Notes under the pieces: generated by a model
Databases searched by the model: none
What the model saw: the letters and a program-made list of their open reading frames with translations, nothing else
What the model was told of the DNA's origin: nothing
NCBI GenBank assembly: GCA_965644265.1
Contig: OZ286472.1
Span: forward strand, 9,362,001 to 9,426,000
Source: Glycera tridactyla
Taxonomy: Eukaryota
Direction: 5' to 3'
Length of the DNA stretch: 64,000 nucleotides
Part shown: one piece after another, positions 50,745-62,098 of the stretch
Layout of the letters: the number at the start of each line of letters is the position of its first letter
How positions within the stretch are numbered: position 1 is the first letter of the stretch
Program-made: the position numbers and the translations under genes

Positions 50745-50890
50745 CAGCAAATATTTGTATTCGAAACAGTGGCAATACAGTGGCGATAACGTGCAGGAAG
50801 CTTTTCAATTTTTCTCTGAATTGTTGAGTTTCACAACTGATGAAATCTTCATGTTGGGCAACCAGTTTGTTCCAGAGTCGATAGTAGCAC
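50745..50890 (-). mobile_element. Possible degenerate CR1/L2-group LINE C-terminal fragment
   Basis: Minus translation YRLWNKLVAQHEDFISCETQQFREKLKSFLH resembles LWN.L....S...FK.KLK.FL. Confidence 0.4.
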
Positions 50891-51059
50891 CATCTTGGTC
50901 CACAGCACTGGAGGACTTGTTACTGATTGATAAAACATGGGGAACGAGATTATAGGGAAGTCAGCAAGATTGGAAAACATGCTGTCAATGTGACACCAGG
51001 CTCAGTTTGGGTAGGTGTGCCCAAGCTGTGCTAGATGGTGGGGAATCAGGAAGATCGAG

Positions 51060-51170
51060 TCTAAGTAGCTGACAGTTCAGACACACCTTCACCTGTCCAA
51101 AGACTACATACCTAACAACACAGCTGGTGGGAAGCTGATATTCTAGTCTGATAGCAATGTATTTATGATC
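51060..51170 (-). mobile_element. SINE-like family A fragment
   Basis: aagtagctgacagttcagacacacct...tctgatagcaatg. Confidence 0.6.
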
Positions 51171-51182
51171 ATCAAAGCGCAA

Positions 51183-51361
51183 TACAGTCGAACCTGCTTG
51201 AGAGACTACCTCTCTATAAAGAACCTGTCAACAATGGCCACCCTGAGCCCTGACCATGGTTGTAGTTTCTACACTCAACAGCCTCTCTAGAAGGCCACCT
51301 GCCAACAAAATCCACTTTTCAGTGCAACCAAGGGTGGTCTCTATTGACCGATCTGACTGTA
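51183..51361. mobile_element. MITE, 179 bp
   Basis: TA-CAGTCGAACCTG...GATCTGACTG-TA. Confidence 0.8.
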
Positions 51362-52476
51362 CATATAACAAGGAAAAGCATTAGATTTAAAGAATACAAA
51401 ATGGTTGGGAGGTCTAGTAGGGTTGATGTGATGATGGTCAGGTGTAGGTCTAAATAAGCTTGGAAGGTTGCTCCGTAATGCCCAGTATTTGTCTGACTGA
51501 TCATCACAGCGCCGGCACACATGAACTACGATGCAAACAATGCCGGCAGTTGGACGTTTCATTTGCATTATCTATGGTATATCTCTCTCTGAAGACAAAC
51601 TGCCACAACACAGCGATCCCGCTGCCAGCTCGCTAACGACGTGTACCGCACCACCGCCCAATCACCATTCAGATAACATAACCTGATCCCTGCACCCATG
51701 TGAGGCGACATAGATCAGAATTCTTGATGACCACGGCCAACCTCATTTGAATAAATTAACTCGCAAATGTAGGCAGGGAGATGAGAATTGATTTATACTA
51801 CTCCAAAACCAACAATGAGACCTTCTGATGAGAGACCACCTTCGACAGGAGACCACCACTTCGAGAGACCATTAGTTACATGCAATGTGCATGAGTGAGA
51901 TCATTCAAGACACTTTCTTCTGCACCTTTAATGTAAAGTGAAATGTACAAAATTCACACACCGGAAGTGTCGTTTCTGGGATTGGAAATAATGACTGCAG
52001 TGTTACCCTGTGAACATTGGATTGATTCACATGGTACTTTGATAGTTTTTCAATCAGTTCGAGTTTTGCACGCGGCTATGGAAACCCAATTTTGCAAAAC
52101 ATGCTGATTGTGTCCTACAAGAGGAGCAGGGTTCGTTCTAATAATGCATGATGAGGAATGGTTTAACGAGCTTCGACAGGACAAATGTTGGAGGCAAGAA
52201 CCTCTCATTACAGCAAGATCGCACTGAATAATTAAACACAAGCTCATTGGTTGTCTGGTCAAGGAAAACAGCTCTAAACACCATAAGTTTAAGTAAACGA
52301 AGAACTAAACTCTTCCTATGTTTCACAAATTGACTACATCTTCAACAAATCAAGAATCAGTGCTGACGATGCTGTTTATGGTGGACCCTGTCCACAAATG
52401 ATCATGTACTATTCAAATCTCGTGGAAGGATGTCCGAAAAACAACCGTGGTTCATAACATGTGATATGAATGCAGT

Positions 52477-52567
52477 TACAGTCTAAACTATCCTAAGTAG
52501 CCACCAGCCCTAAGCAGCCACTTTTTGGATTCCCGAAAGGTGGCTGGTTAGGACAGTTTTGACTATA
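52477..52567. mobile_element. Short MITE, 91 bp (AGCAGCCAC subfamily)
   Basis: TA-CAGTCTAAACT...AGTTTTGACTA-TA. Confidence 0.7.
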
Positions 52568-53276
52568 TCCCGATTCAGTGGCTTCAGTGGGTAGCTGGAT
52601 TTTGGTGTACATTTTATATATCATCACCTGACGATAATATTTACAATGAGCTTCTGGTCAGTTTGCTTACCCTGGCTTGATATACAAAATGATCGAATGC
52701 ACTTTTGGTGTTCAGAATGTGAGAGCTACTCTGATATATGATTAAAAGATATATAATAAAGTGCTCATCAAACAGGTTTATAGAAATGGATAAAATGTTT
52801 GACTTCTATATTGTAAACGAGGAAGCTCTCGACAAAATGTCTGCCTCAGGCAGGACCTCCAATGATCTTCCTACCTTTTTCGAGTACTAGCACATTTTAA
52901 GAAATGCCGATAATTCTGATAATAGTGACTAGAAAGAATGTATATTAGGCGATCATCTGCCATCACTGCAATCAGAGTGTGTGTCAAACGTGGCCTTGGC
53001 GTTCCACTGACCTTTGGGTCGAGTCACAGTGATTTACTGCTACAAACCCATTCTTCATAAGTACCTTGGGCCTAAAACATGACATTGAGTTTTCGCTTGA
53101 TTAAATTGAGAATCAATCCATCACTACAGTCAATAAGACAAATTCTATTGCCCACTTTGAACTGGGACAAGGGCTAGCATGTTCTCCTATAAATTCACTG
53201 AGAGATCCTACACAAGTAGTGGGATGTAATCCAAGCAAAAGATCACATGATGATGCTTCTTCACTGCATTCCCCAT

Positions 53277-53317
53277 CAGCTGAAGAAAGGGGAGGGATGG
53301 TTCCCCAAAAGCTTCAA
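53277..53317 (+). ncRNA. Degenerate hammerhead-like motif (PLE terminal)
   Basis: CTGAAGA-AA-GGGGA-gggatggt-TCCCC-AAAA-GCTTC; the G of GAAA is lost; preceded by the tcacatga motif seen in other PLE tails. Confidence 0.4.
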
Positions 53318-53799
53318 AGATGATAGTTCAACCCTAGTATGAGTTTAATATTTTTCTCTTGCTCATTTTTACTAAAATTCTCTGAAGGAATTTTACTAAA
53401 ATTCTCTGAAAGTGTGAAATTTTGACTTCTGAGAAGGCTTGCGTCAAATACTAGAATGTGTTCGTTTTGTTCACAAATTTACATTTTCAAATGTATCTGC
53501 ACTATAATTCATATACAGCTGTTTGTCTATTTTTGTAGAAGGTGATACCAATATTTAGCTGATAATGATTAAGTGAGCTTCTGCGTACAACTCCCGCAAT
53601 GATCACCCACTCTGGGGATATCAGGCAACTTCATGCATAATCATGCCATTTTAATTCATATTTCCATCACCATCGCCACTGCTGTCATCACCACGATGAA
53701 TTAATCTAGATTCCCAGCTATTCGACTATACACTCACTACATGAATGAAACTTGTGATGATCCATGAGCCATATTAAAAGCTGTATACTAGAATCTGAA

Positions 53800-54130
53800 C
53801 ATTGATGCCTGTGATGAAAGATCCCTAAATGTCACCAAAAAGTTTTCTCATGAAAGTTGTGGTCTGTCATCAAATGTATATTTGACTATGTCAAATAAGA
53901 AAGCCACCCATAGAAAGTGTTCATCCATTGAAGGTAGCCTCTTGTCAGGGTCTCTTGCAGAGCAGGCTCAAGACCACTTCCATAGAAAGACCAACTGCTT
54001 CCGAATGCCACCCAGAGCTGCGATCACGATAGCATTTTCTACAGAGAACAACCTCTGTATAAAGGCCACTTGCCAACAAAGGCAACTTCTCTGTGTGACC
54101 AAGGGTGGTCATTCTAGACAGGTTTAAGGC
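53800..54130. mobile_element. Two adjacent degenerate MITE fragments
   Basis: Family interior motifs (taaatgtcaccaaaaag, tatttgactatgtcaaat, aagggtggtc..gacaggttt). Confidence 0.55.
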
Positions 54131-54918
54131 TATTTCTTATAATTTTGAAAGAATGAATGCCCTTATTGTGCATCTTGGCTGTTGGGGAGCAAATAAAAAA
54201 GACAGATAGGAAAGACAAACCTGCTACAAGGACCAACCATGCACAAAGACCATTTGCCTACAAAGATACTCAAAATTGCAACCAAGGTGAGGTTTCAACT
54301 GATTTTGAAGACTACATTTTTGTTCATCCTGGGTAGAGATCATCCGTTCAGCTTTTATTGTATTTATATCTGTATGTTTACATCCATTGATATGTCTAGC
54401 TGTGTCATGGCTGATGTTGGGGAAAGCTGGAAATTGAAACTTCAGCTAGAAAGCTTACAGCGCAAGTGAGACATTAACATATCAATAGTTCTCGTATCAC
54501 ATCACATATGCCAGAAGTCATGAAAATTCATATATGCCAGTGATTATATAGTGTCCATATTGAGAACCATCCATAATCATATAATTCAACTATTTCCCAA
54601 ATATTTTCATCCACATCTCACTTCAGTCATTTATGTTCAATGAAAACCACATTTCTAGAAGCATCTGCGAAACGCCAAAGATGCCCATCCTCATAACAAT
54701 AGTCACTGCTGAGACAAATGACTGAAACCTTTTATCTTTAGATTAAAGCTCGGTAAATATACATCACTTGCATGAGAAATGGAGTAAGTATAATCCAAAA
54801 GTGGACGCTCGACTTGAATAAATCATATTTAGCAATTTTGACAATTTCTCATCTTCAATGACACATTCATTGCATGTAATTCGGTGTGGGGTGGGAATTG
54901 GGTAAGTGGAGTTTTACT

Positions 54919-55011
54919 TATTTCCCTGCGGACAGTGCAGTAGCCAATCACCACACAACTCCAAGACGATCAGCCAGCACCGGCCCGCACTGCGCCTCAC
55001 GCAGGGAAATA
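54919..55011. mobile_element. Small MITE-like element, 12-bp perfect inverted ends
   Basis: TATTTCCCTGCG (54919-54930) / CGCAGGGAAATA (55000-55011). Confidence 0.45.
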
Positions 55012-56165
55012 CTGAATATATATTGCCTATTTGGGTTGGCACCCCATTGTGAAGGCTATGTACTAGCTGTGTTGCCACATTTTTATGTCTGTGCCACAGG
55101 GACAACAACCCAGATGAGAAGATTTACCTCTGAAAATATCAGCAGCCTCGTACCCTTGATTATTATCTATTCATGGAATCGCAGAAGGAATAGAAACTCA
55201 TTTAAGGCTAGCCATACTTCAGTTTTTGATACCTCAATGGTACACATACTTCGAAACTCTCTATCTTTCTCAAATTGAATGAGGTTTTCTGACAGTAAAC
55301 AGGTGCAGAAATCACTAGCTTTTCATTTTATGAGCTTTTCTTTCAGATAATAGGACAAAGAACAGTGATCTTGACTCTCAGATATATATCCATTGGAGAT
55401 TGAAAATGGATGGTTCAGTGACTCCAATCTCCAACCATAAGACAACAAGATACCAAAACATCTATGATTTACAAAAGAGAGAAGAATACATAAATACTTT
55501 GTTCACTCATGAAAACTGCATTTGCGGGTGATCTTCCAGGTGAATGAGTTCAAGCAATATCTATTGTGACTTTATGATGAATGATTAACGAACCAAACGT
55601 TTCATCATGTGATTTTTCCAAGATTTATTCCCCACTTATCTCCTACTTTGTACAATTGAAGTATACCAAAGTGGGGACTGAAAATGGGAATGAGGTCTGC
55701 ACAAACGATAGAGAGAGCAATGAACTACTTCCTTCTCCATACCCATAAAAAAAACGTACAACTACGTCTCCTCATTCAAGGTTGCAACTGTAATCAAGCA
55801 TGAAAACTTTCAAGATATCCTATCCATGTCTTTATTATTGAAGTAGAGCAGCATAGGGTTTCACGCCGGCTCTGAAGTGATTTAATCTTTCTACCATGTT
55901 GAGTTATATGACTGTGGTAAATCATACTCATGAGATTCATCAAATATCTATCCAGTATAACTGCCATCGAAAACACGGGAAAAATCCAGGCTCACTTGAG
56001 AAGTGGGCTTGGGCGGATGAAGAAGCAATTAGTTGGGACTCATCCCCGTCTACCTGTAGGCTATATGTGGCCTGATCATACAGGAAGGCAGTCCCATATG
56101 CTACCATCAGGGACAAAAAAACGCCATTTATCCTAGCATATAGGTCAGTGCAAAAATCAGCGATA

Positions 56166-56188
56166 CATATATATATATATATATATAT
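56166..56188. repeat. (AT)n microsatellite
   Basis: Direct reading. Confidence 0.95.
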
Positions 56189-56222
56189 GTATGATCATCT
56201 CCACCAACACAATCCTAATCAA

Positions 56223-56404
56223 TAAAGTCAGACATGTCTATAAATGAACCCCTTTAGTCACATCAAAAAGTGGCCTTTGTAGGCAAGTGGCATTTATAGA
56301 GAGATCATTTACAGTTGAAAATACCATCATGGATGCAGCTTGGGTGGCCGTTTCAGGCAGGTGGCCTTCATGAACCGGTAGTCTCTCAAGCAGGTTTGAC
56401 TGTA
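56223..56404. mobile_element. MITE, ~182 bp
   Basis: Degenerate left TIR; right end CAGGTTTGACTG-TA; interior like 37473. Confidence 0.75.
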
Positions 56405-57045
56405 TATGACAGATAACACAAAGTATTGCCAACTGACAGCATAGCCAAAATACCATGAGCAGAGGTGAGGGCTCATCTAGATTAGGACAGACCTTGACGG
56501 ATAACCATTTGCAGATGAGGGGGGGGGGGGGGGGGGACTGATCCACCATCACAGCCACATATTGTGAAGAGATGGAGGGTCTGAAGATGATGGCCAACGA
56601 TGCCTTTAAAACAGTAGAGTGAGTTGTAGATTTTGGTCATGTCACAAGAATCCATTCAACAATTTCTGGAGCCTACATTCTCTGAAGTCAGTAGACATCT
56701 CCTGACTGTGTGCAAACCCAGAGGTGACACGGAGCTGAAAGGATGGTGGACCAGGTCACACACTGCTCCCAGCCAATGAAATTCTGTGAGCAATTTGAGG
56801 TCAAGGTGAAGGTCAGATTCTAGGTCAAGGTCACACATGTACAAATGGCTGCATCATTACTAAACATGAGAGGTCACCATGCTGCTATGGTGAAGTCGCA
56901 GGCATGCATACAATCTTTTACCTACTACAATTTTCACACAATCACCCGAAATAAATCATTCTGTAATGAATTACGGCCGTGGGAGCATCTAGTATGTGTT
57001 CCGCCCATCAAGGCAATGACTTATCTTGATCATCTCTTTGTCTCA

Positions 57046-57896
57046 CATGTTCAATTTGACCGAGTGCCAGCACAACCAACATGGCCAGTTTGACCGAGTG
57101 CAGCACAACCAACATGTTCAATTTGACCGAGTGCCAGCACAACCAACATGGCCAATTTGACCGAGTGCCAGCACAACCAACATGGCCAGTTTGACCGAGT
57201 GCCAGCACAACCAACATGGCCAGTTTGACCGAGTGCCAGCACAACCGACATGGCCAGTTTGACCGAGTGCCAGCACAACCAACATGGCCAGTTTGACCGA
57301 GTGCCAGCACAACCAACATGTTCAGTTTGACCGAGTGCCAGCACAACCAACATGTACAATTTGACCGAGTGCCAGCACAACCAACATGTTCAATTTGACC
57401 GAGTGCCAGCACAACCGACATGGCCAGTTTGACCGAGTGCCAGCACAACCAACATGGCCAGTTTGACCGAGTGCCAGCACAACCAAAATGGCCAGTTTGA
57501 CCGAGTGCCAGCACAACCAACATGGCCAGTTTGACCGAGTGCCAGCACAACCAACTTGTCCAGTTTGACCGAGTGCCAGCACAATCAACATGGCCAGTTT
57601 GACCGAGTGCCAGCACAACCAACATGTACAGTTTGACCGAGTGCCAGCACAACCAACATGTTCAGTCTGACCGAGTGCCAGCACAACCAACATGGCCAGT
57701 TTGACTGAGTGCCAGCACAACCAACATGGCCAGTTTGACCGATTGCCAGCACAACCAACATGTTCAGTTTGACCGAGTGCCAGCACAACCAACATGTTCA
57801 GTTTGACCGAATGCCAGCACAATCAACACGTTCAGTTTGACCGAATGCCAGCACAATCAACATGGCCAGTTAGACCTAGTGCCAGCACAACCAACA
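57046..57896. repeat. 34-bp minisatellite, ~25 copies
   Basis: Unit GTTTGACCGAGTGCCAGCACAACCAACATGGCCA with GGCCA/GTTCA variants. Confidence 0.97.
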
Positions 57897-57979
57897 CCAC
57901 ACACTGATGATGTCATGGACGTTGATATTGTCTACATATTGTCTAACACTTGGATTTCACTGTGTGTCATGGGGACATT

Positions 57980-58158
57980 TACAGTTGAAGCTCCTCTATA
58001 AACCATCTCTATGAAACCACCTCTCAATAGAGGCAACTCTGAGCTGCGACCATGGTAGCATTTCCAACAGCAAATGATCTTTCTACAAAGACCACCTCAT
58101 GATAGAGGCCATTTTCTTATGCAACCGAAGGCAGTCTTTATAAATTTTTTTTACTGTA
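57980..58158. mobile_element. MITE, 179 bp
   Basis: TA-CAGTTGAAG...TTACTG-TA; the interior matches 51183. Confidence 0.7.
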
Positions 58159-58249
58159 CATGTATTTCCAATTGGAATACCCAACAACATATCATGGATC
58201 AGGTCGATGACAAAAATAGTTGGTGTGTGTGGGGGGGGGAGGGGGGGGG

Positions 58250-58530
58250 GGGTCGTTTGTGTATAAGTGTGTTTGTGTACAAGTGTGTGTGCATAAATGC
58301 ATGCATGTGTGCATGCTTGAATGTGCATTTATATAAATATGCATGCATGCTCTTCATTGCATGTCAGCATGCTTTCTTGTCTCACATCTGTGGCATGTTT
58401 CCATGTGTGCACATATGCATTTTTCTCTCCCAAAAATATGTCCTCTATCTGAAGAACAGATAAATTCAGGTCACATGCACACCATATGTCCATACCTGTT
58501 AGCATGTGTGTTGCAGGCAGGCAAATGTGT
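58250..58530. repeat. TG/CATG-rich low-complexity region
   Basis: gtgtgt, gcatgcatg runs. Confidence 0.7.
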
Positions 58531-59489
58531 CTGAATATGTACTTGTGCACAATTTTCAATCAACAAGAAAGGTGATACAGATGTCATGCTACTATGAAGC
58601 AAGCTACTGAATCAATCGATAATGGTAATTCTAATTGATTTTCACTTCATATCACGAATAAGTCAAAGATGCCTTCATTTTAGGATTTGAATGATGACGA
58701 CGATTCAGAGTGAATCACCTTGGTGGTCATAATGATGGTATCATGAGGAGATATTCGGGGATTGGTGTACGAAGCTGGACGAAGACGGATCAGACTTAGG
58801 GAGTGCACGGAGATGACCTGTATTTATCATATCGTCCTGGCCGTGTTATAACCCACCATCAGAACCCGGCCAAATACTTGCTAATGCATCTAAATTGCTT
58901 GTGATGGCTGGATCTAAGCCTATCTCAATTACCTTCGATCACTGGTATATGTGAGCACCATTTATTCATACTACACAACGGCTAATGTTCTGCCCTCAAT
59001 CAAAGCCGTCCAAGCTAGCACCATGTCCACATACGGGAGAGGAACCACATACGGTGTCAAATGCATCTATCTGTGATGAGAAAACGTTTTGCTAAAAATA
59101 CTTTTCCATCATGTCTTTGCAAAAATATCGACGACCATCAAACAGCTGTCTTAGACAAGCAACTACCAGCAATGAGAAATAATTTAGCCAAAAAACACAT
59201 ATAGATTCCTTGCTCACTTTAGCTACGTTATCATGTTGGTCGAATTTTGAAATGCACGACTCAGTGGTCACATAAGACAGACCATTATCCATTAAAGGTC
59301 TGTCAGCAAAAATGTGCAAAAACTCCTGAGTCTGACCATCACGCATACAGGTAGAATCTATACTGAGAAAGATGCAATATCAGACCACCCTAAATGTCAC
59401 CAAATGGCAGTTTCTCAAAAGAGTTGGCATCTTCCCAGAATTATATTCGATAATGTCAAATGAACTGCAAAGGTGTCCATAGGACACAG

Positions 59490-59710
59490 ATACCCACACT
59501 GAGACCCTGACCTTTGACTGAGCAACACAGTTTTTGCATGCGACATGTCGTCTTCATATGATGATCATCTGTACCAATTTATTTGAAAACCCAATCAAGG
59601 AAGTTATGAGCCAGACATGAATCGACCAATCAGAAGCAAGCATTTGGTGGGTAAACACTATGTACACCTTTCATCATAAATGGGATGGGGGGGGGGGAGG
59701 GGGCATAAAA
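59490..59710 (+). mobile_element. HINE/pearl-like non-autonomous element fragment
   Basis: tgacctttgac...aaggaagttatgagcc...ggggcataaaaa terminus. Confidence 0.5.
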
Positions 59711-60629
59711 ATCTGCTCAGAGCAAGCAGTCTCCCATCTGAGGTAGTGTCTTTTCAAGGGATCTCTTATCACAGGTTTTCACGATATATGTGTTTGACAT
59801 GATTAATGCACCTAAACCATTTTTTTTGTACATTGCGAATGGCCAGGAACAATGAAAATCTGAACTGTACACATACATGTGAAGTTGGCCTTTTGCAAAA
59901 GTCAATTTCTTTTTGGCCGATATTTTTGTGCCAAAAATGTGTTCTACATGCCGTAATACACAGCAGCACTCAGTCAACAGTGCGCAGTCCGAGATGCACT
60001 ATATATCTTTAAAAAAATGTTTTTGTGATGATAAATATGTCTAGTGACCACAGCTGACAATATACAAGGTGAAAAATAAGCCTGAAGAATAATTTTGTAC
60101 TATTCACCTTCTCCCAATATATGACATTGAAGTCTAGGAGCAGGGCTCATTACCATAAACAAATTCCCATATACTTTGGATTCTGTGGCCTTTTATACAT
60201 ACCAATCAATACGGCTACACCCACATACAATCAATTGTGCTGTCATTTACATATCTATCTCATTATCAATCATTTTTACTACGGCGTTCTGGTCATACAT
60301 CATGTTTTGCTTTTTTCGGGATGGATATCGGGAATCTGCGTACAACTTGGGGCTAGATCAATTGCCAGTATGATGCAGCCAGAGGGAGAAGCACAGAGAT
60401 AAAGAATCAGAACATATGTTTTAGAATGGAGTGATATTTCCACATTTTTCGTGCAATGTACTATTTCCTGATCACATAGAAGGCATCAAAATTTCACCAA
60501 AACAATGTACACTAGTCGTGTGAAACTGATCTACACACCAGGCATCGTCTGTGCAATAATGGAAGTACATGAACAACGGTGGGAACACATAAATGACCAA
60601 TGGAAAATGCACTTCAAAAGTTAAGGAGG

Positions 60630-60799
60630 CACCCTCCAATGGTGTATATTTCTCGAATTTTGAACATTGTGATGGAATAACGGAAGCCCTTACCCACTAC
60701 AATCAAAGCATTGATGAGAGATGCCCAATCAGACTACCTCTTCTGAGAGACCACTTTATATTGGCATTCATGGGGATCTCATGTGACAGGTTTCACTGT
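60630..60799. mobile_element. Degenerate MITE (right end recognisable)
   Basis: gagagaccacttt...gtgacaggtttcactgtg. Confidence 0.55.
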
Positions 60800-60818
60800 G
60801 ATGAATAATACACTATAT

Positions 60819-61080
60819 CTTTGTTTGTTTGTTTGTTTGTTTGTTGATGGTTCAACGGCATGTATCAACCAAGAGGATTATGTATGCCTTGTATTCCTGG
60901 CCAAGGAGAGCTACATGTTCTGTCCCCTGCAGGCATCAATTACACAAACCCTGGACACAAGATGATGGAGAACCTGAAAGGTTGTCAGGTGGAAGCAGCT
61001 AACAGTTCAGACATACCTCTACCAATCTCACAGCAGCAAGCTGACACTCATGACTGATAGCAATGCTTTCATTTTAAGCA
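60819..61080 (-). mobile_element. SINE-like family A copy with (AAAC)n tail
   Basis: (tttg)n...ggttcaacggcatgtatcaaccaagaggattatgtatgcc...ctgatagcaatgc. Confidence 0.8.
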
Positions 61081-62051
61081 AAACTCAACACTTGGAACTA
61101 AGTGAAGCCCTATGTTTGGAGAATACATTCATGAATACTCATGTAAAAGGATTCACTGCAGTGAATTATACACTACAGCTTTCATAGTTGGTCACTCTCC
61201 CGAATCCGGGGGAGAGTGAATTTGGTTTCGGGGGTGTGAAAAGACGAAACTCACCTTCCCGATGGGAGATTGTTAATTTTTCATTTGAACAGAAAGTTAT
61301 GAATTTCCTGTGAGGACCGAACAAAAACAGTCTTGATTTCACATATTTGATTCTGAAGAATGAACCTGAGGGAAATATTGGGGTGGTGGTACTTAAATAG
61401 TCACTCACATGATGGATAAGTCGAGAATAACATCATGATGAGGCATTTACTCACACAAACATCTTGCTCTCAGTTTGAGCTTGTTCCCTCACACTTTTTG
61501 AGCATATTTGGGAGAGTGAGTTTATTTTTGGGCGAATAATTTTTCCAGTCTGCTCTCCCAATGGGAGAGTGGCTGGAAATGTTTTTGTTTGTTTGTAGAG
61601 ACTGCACTATATCTTCACTAGGGGAATATATGACTATGAGACTAGCTACTCAAGGCTGAGCCTGAGAGAAGTGATGTGTACTGTGTAGTGATATCTCATC
61701 GCTGTGTATCTCTGCTCCCGATGTGTATCTCACCTTCCTCCCAATACACAGATTGGCCAGCCATCATTGTCGAGTCAATGCTGTTCTTGCTGTTGTTATC
61801 ATCGCCACGACAACCACTGTAATCAGTGATGGAGACTTACAACCACTCTCCTCCTCCTTCTCCTCTTCCCTAATTCCGGTGGATCAATACCCACTCATGA
61901 ACCATTCAGATGGAAGTGAGCGCTCCTTCAAGTCATATCCATGTCTACTCTCACCTGCCGAGTGGTTTTAAAGATGAGCATAATCATTGACGATACTTGA
62001 CCCATTTCTGAGTGCATTCATATTTTACTGAAATGTATCATTCCATACTGT

Positions 62052-62098
62052 AGCAACAACAACAACAACAACAACAGCAACAGCAGCAGCAACAACAA
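62052..62098. repeat. (CAA/CAG)n microsatellite
   Basis: Direct reading. Confidence 0.95.

Noticed and set aside
57008-57822. Long Cys/Trp-rich repetitive ORFs; also the spacer-repeat look of a CRISPR array
   Set aside because: Pure head-to-tail 34-bp tandem repeat with no unique spacers, in eukaryotic DNA; the frame shifts every unit.
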